Source of the DNA: an uncultured cyanobacterium
GTDB lineage: Bacteria > Cyanobacteriota > Cyanobacteriia > Cyanobacteriales > CAWCAG01
Assembly: GCA_963803805.1 (NCBI GenBank)
Contig: CAWDOD010000002.1
Coordinates: 1,216,001-1,280,000, forward strand
Length of the DNA stretch: 64,000 nt
Reading direction: 5' to 3'
Shown here: positions 63,869 to 64,000 of the stretch, one piece after another
Position numbering within the stretch: position 1 is the first letter of the stretch
How the letters are laid out: every line of letters begins with the position of its first letter
Notes under the pieces: model-generated
Database searches by the model: none
What the model was told of the DNA's origin: nothing
The model's input: the letters and a program-made list of their open reading frames with translations, nothing else
Translations under genes and position numbers: made by a program

Positions 63869-64000
63869 ATTTTTTATTTAGTGTCTAAATACTTGAATTA
63901 CAGTTAACGAGGGCTGAGAAGTTAGTTTTTAATAGGGGGATAGTTGAACCTCTATACTATAAAAACGTTTTTTTGTCAAAAATACTTGAGGTTGTTTTCC

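Overview
AT-rich chromosomal window from a beta-cyanobacterium, based on many HIP1 GCGATCGC octamers, heptamer tandem repeats, and a beta-carboxysome/form IB Rubisco locus. Left to right: (1) a truncated SLH-like/vWA gene; (2) a co-oriented signalling block of three FHA genes, a coiled-coil gene, a membrane protein with a roadblock/longin-like domain plus BON/OmpA domains, a Rab-like small GTPase and a PAS-GAF adenylate cyclase; (3) housekeeping genes (apt, tsaE, vipp1, thioredoxin, tRNA-Lys, ndhH); (4) three sulfotransferases plus a GT4; (5) a 12-kb five-gene cluster of exported proteins (DUF11-type Ig domains, a 1221-aa outer-membrane barrel, a beta-helix protein, two paralogous adhesin-like genes); (6) the CO2-concentrating supercluster cupB-ndhD4-ndhF4 / ccmK2K1LMN / rbcLXS; (7) an M48 protease, recQ and ftsH. 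The best candidates for a poorly described system are the Rab-like GTPase/longin-OmpA/cyclase module (1.5-8.0 kb) and the DUF11/outer-membrane barrel cluster (32.5-44.7 kb). Many single-base frameshifts, including one in ftsH, look like assembly errors. All assignments come from motif recognition by eye; no database search was run.
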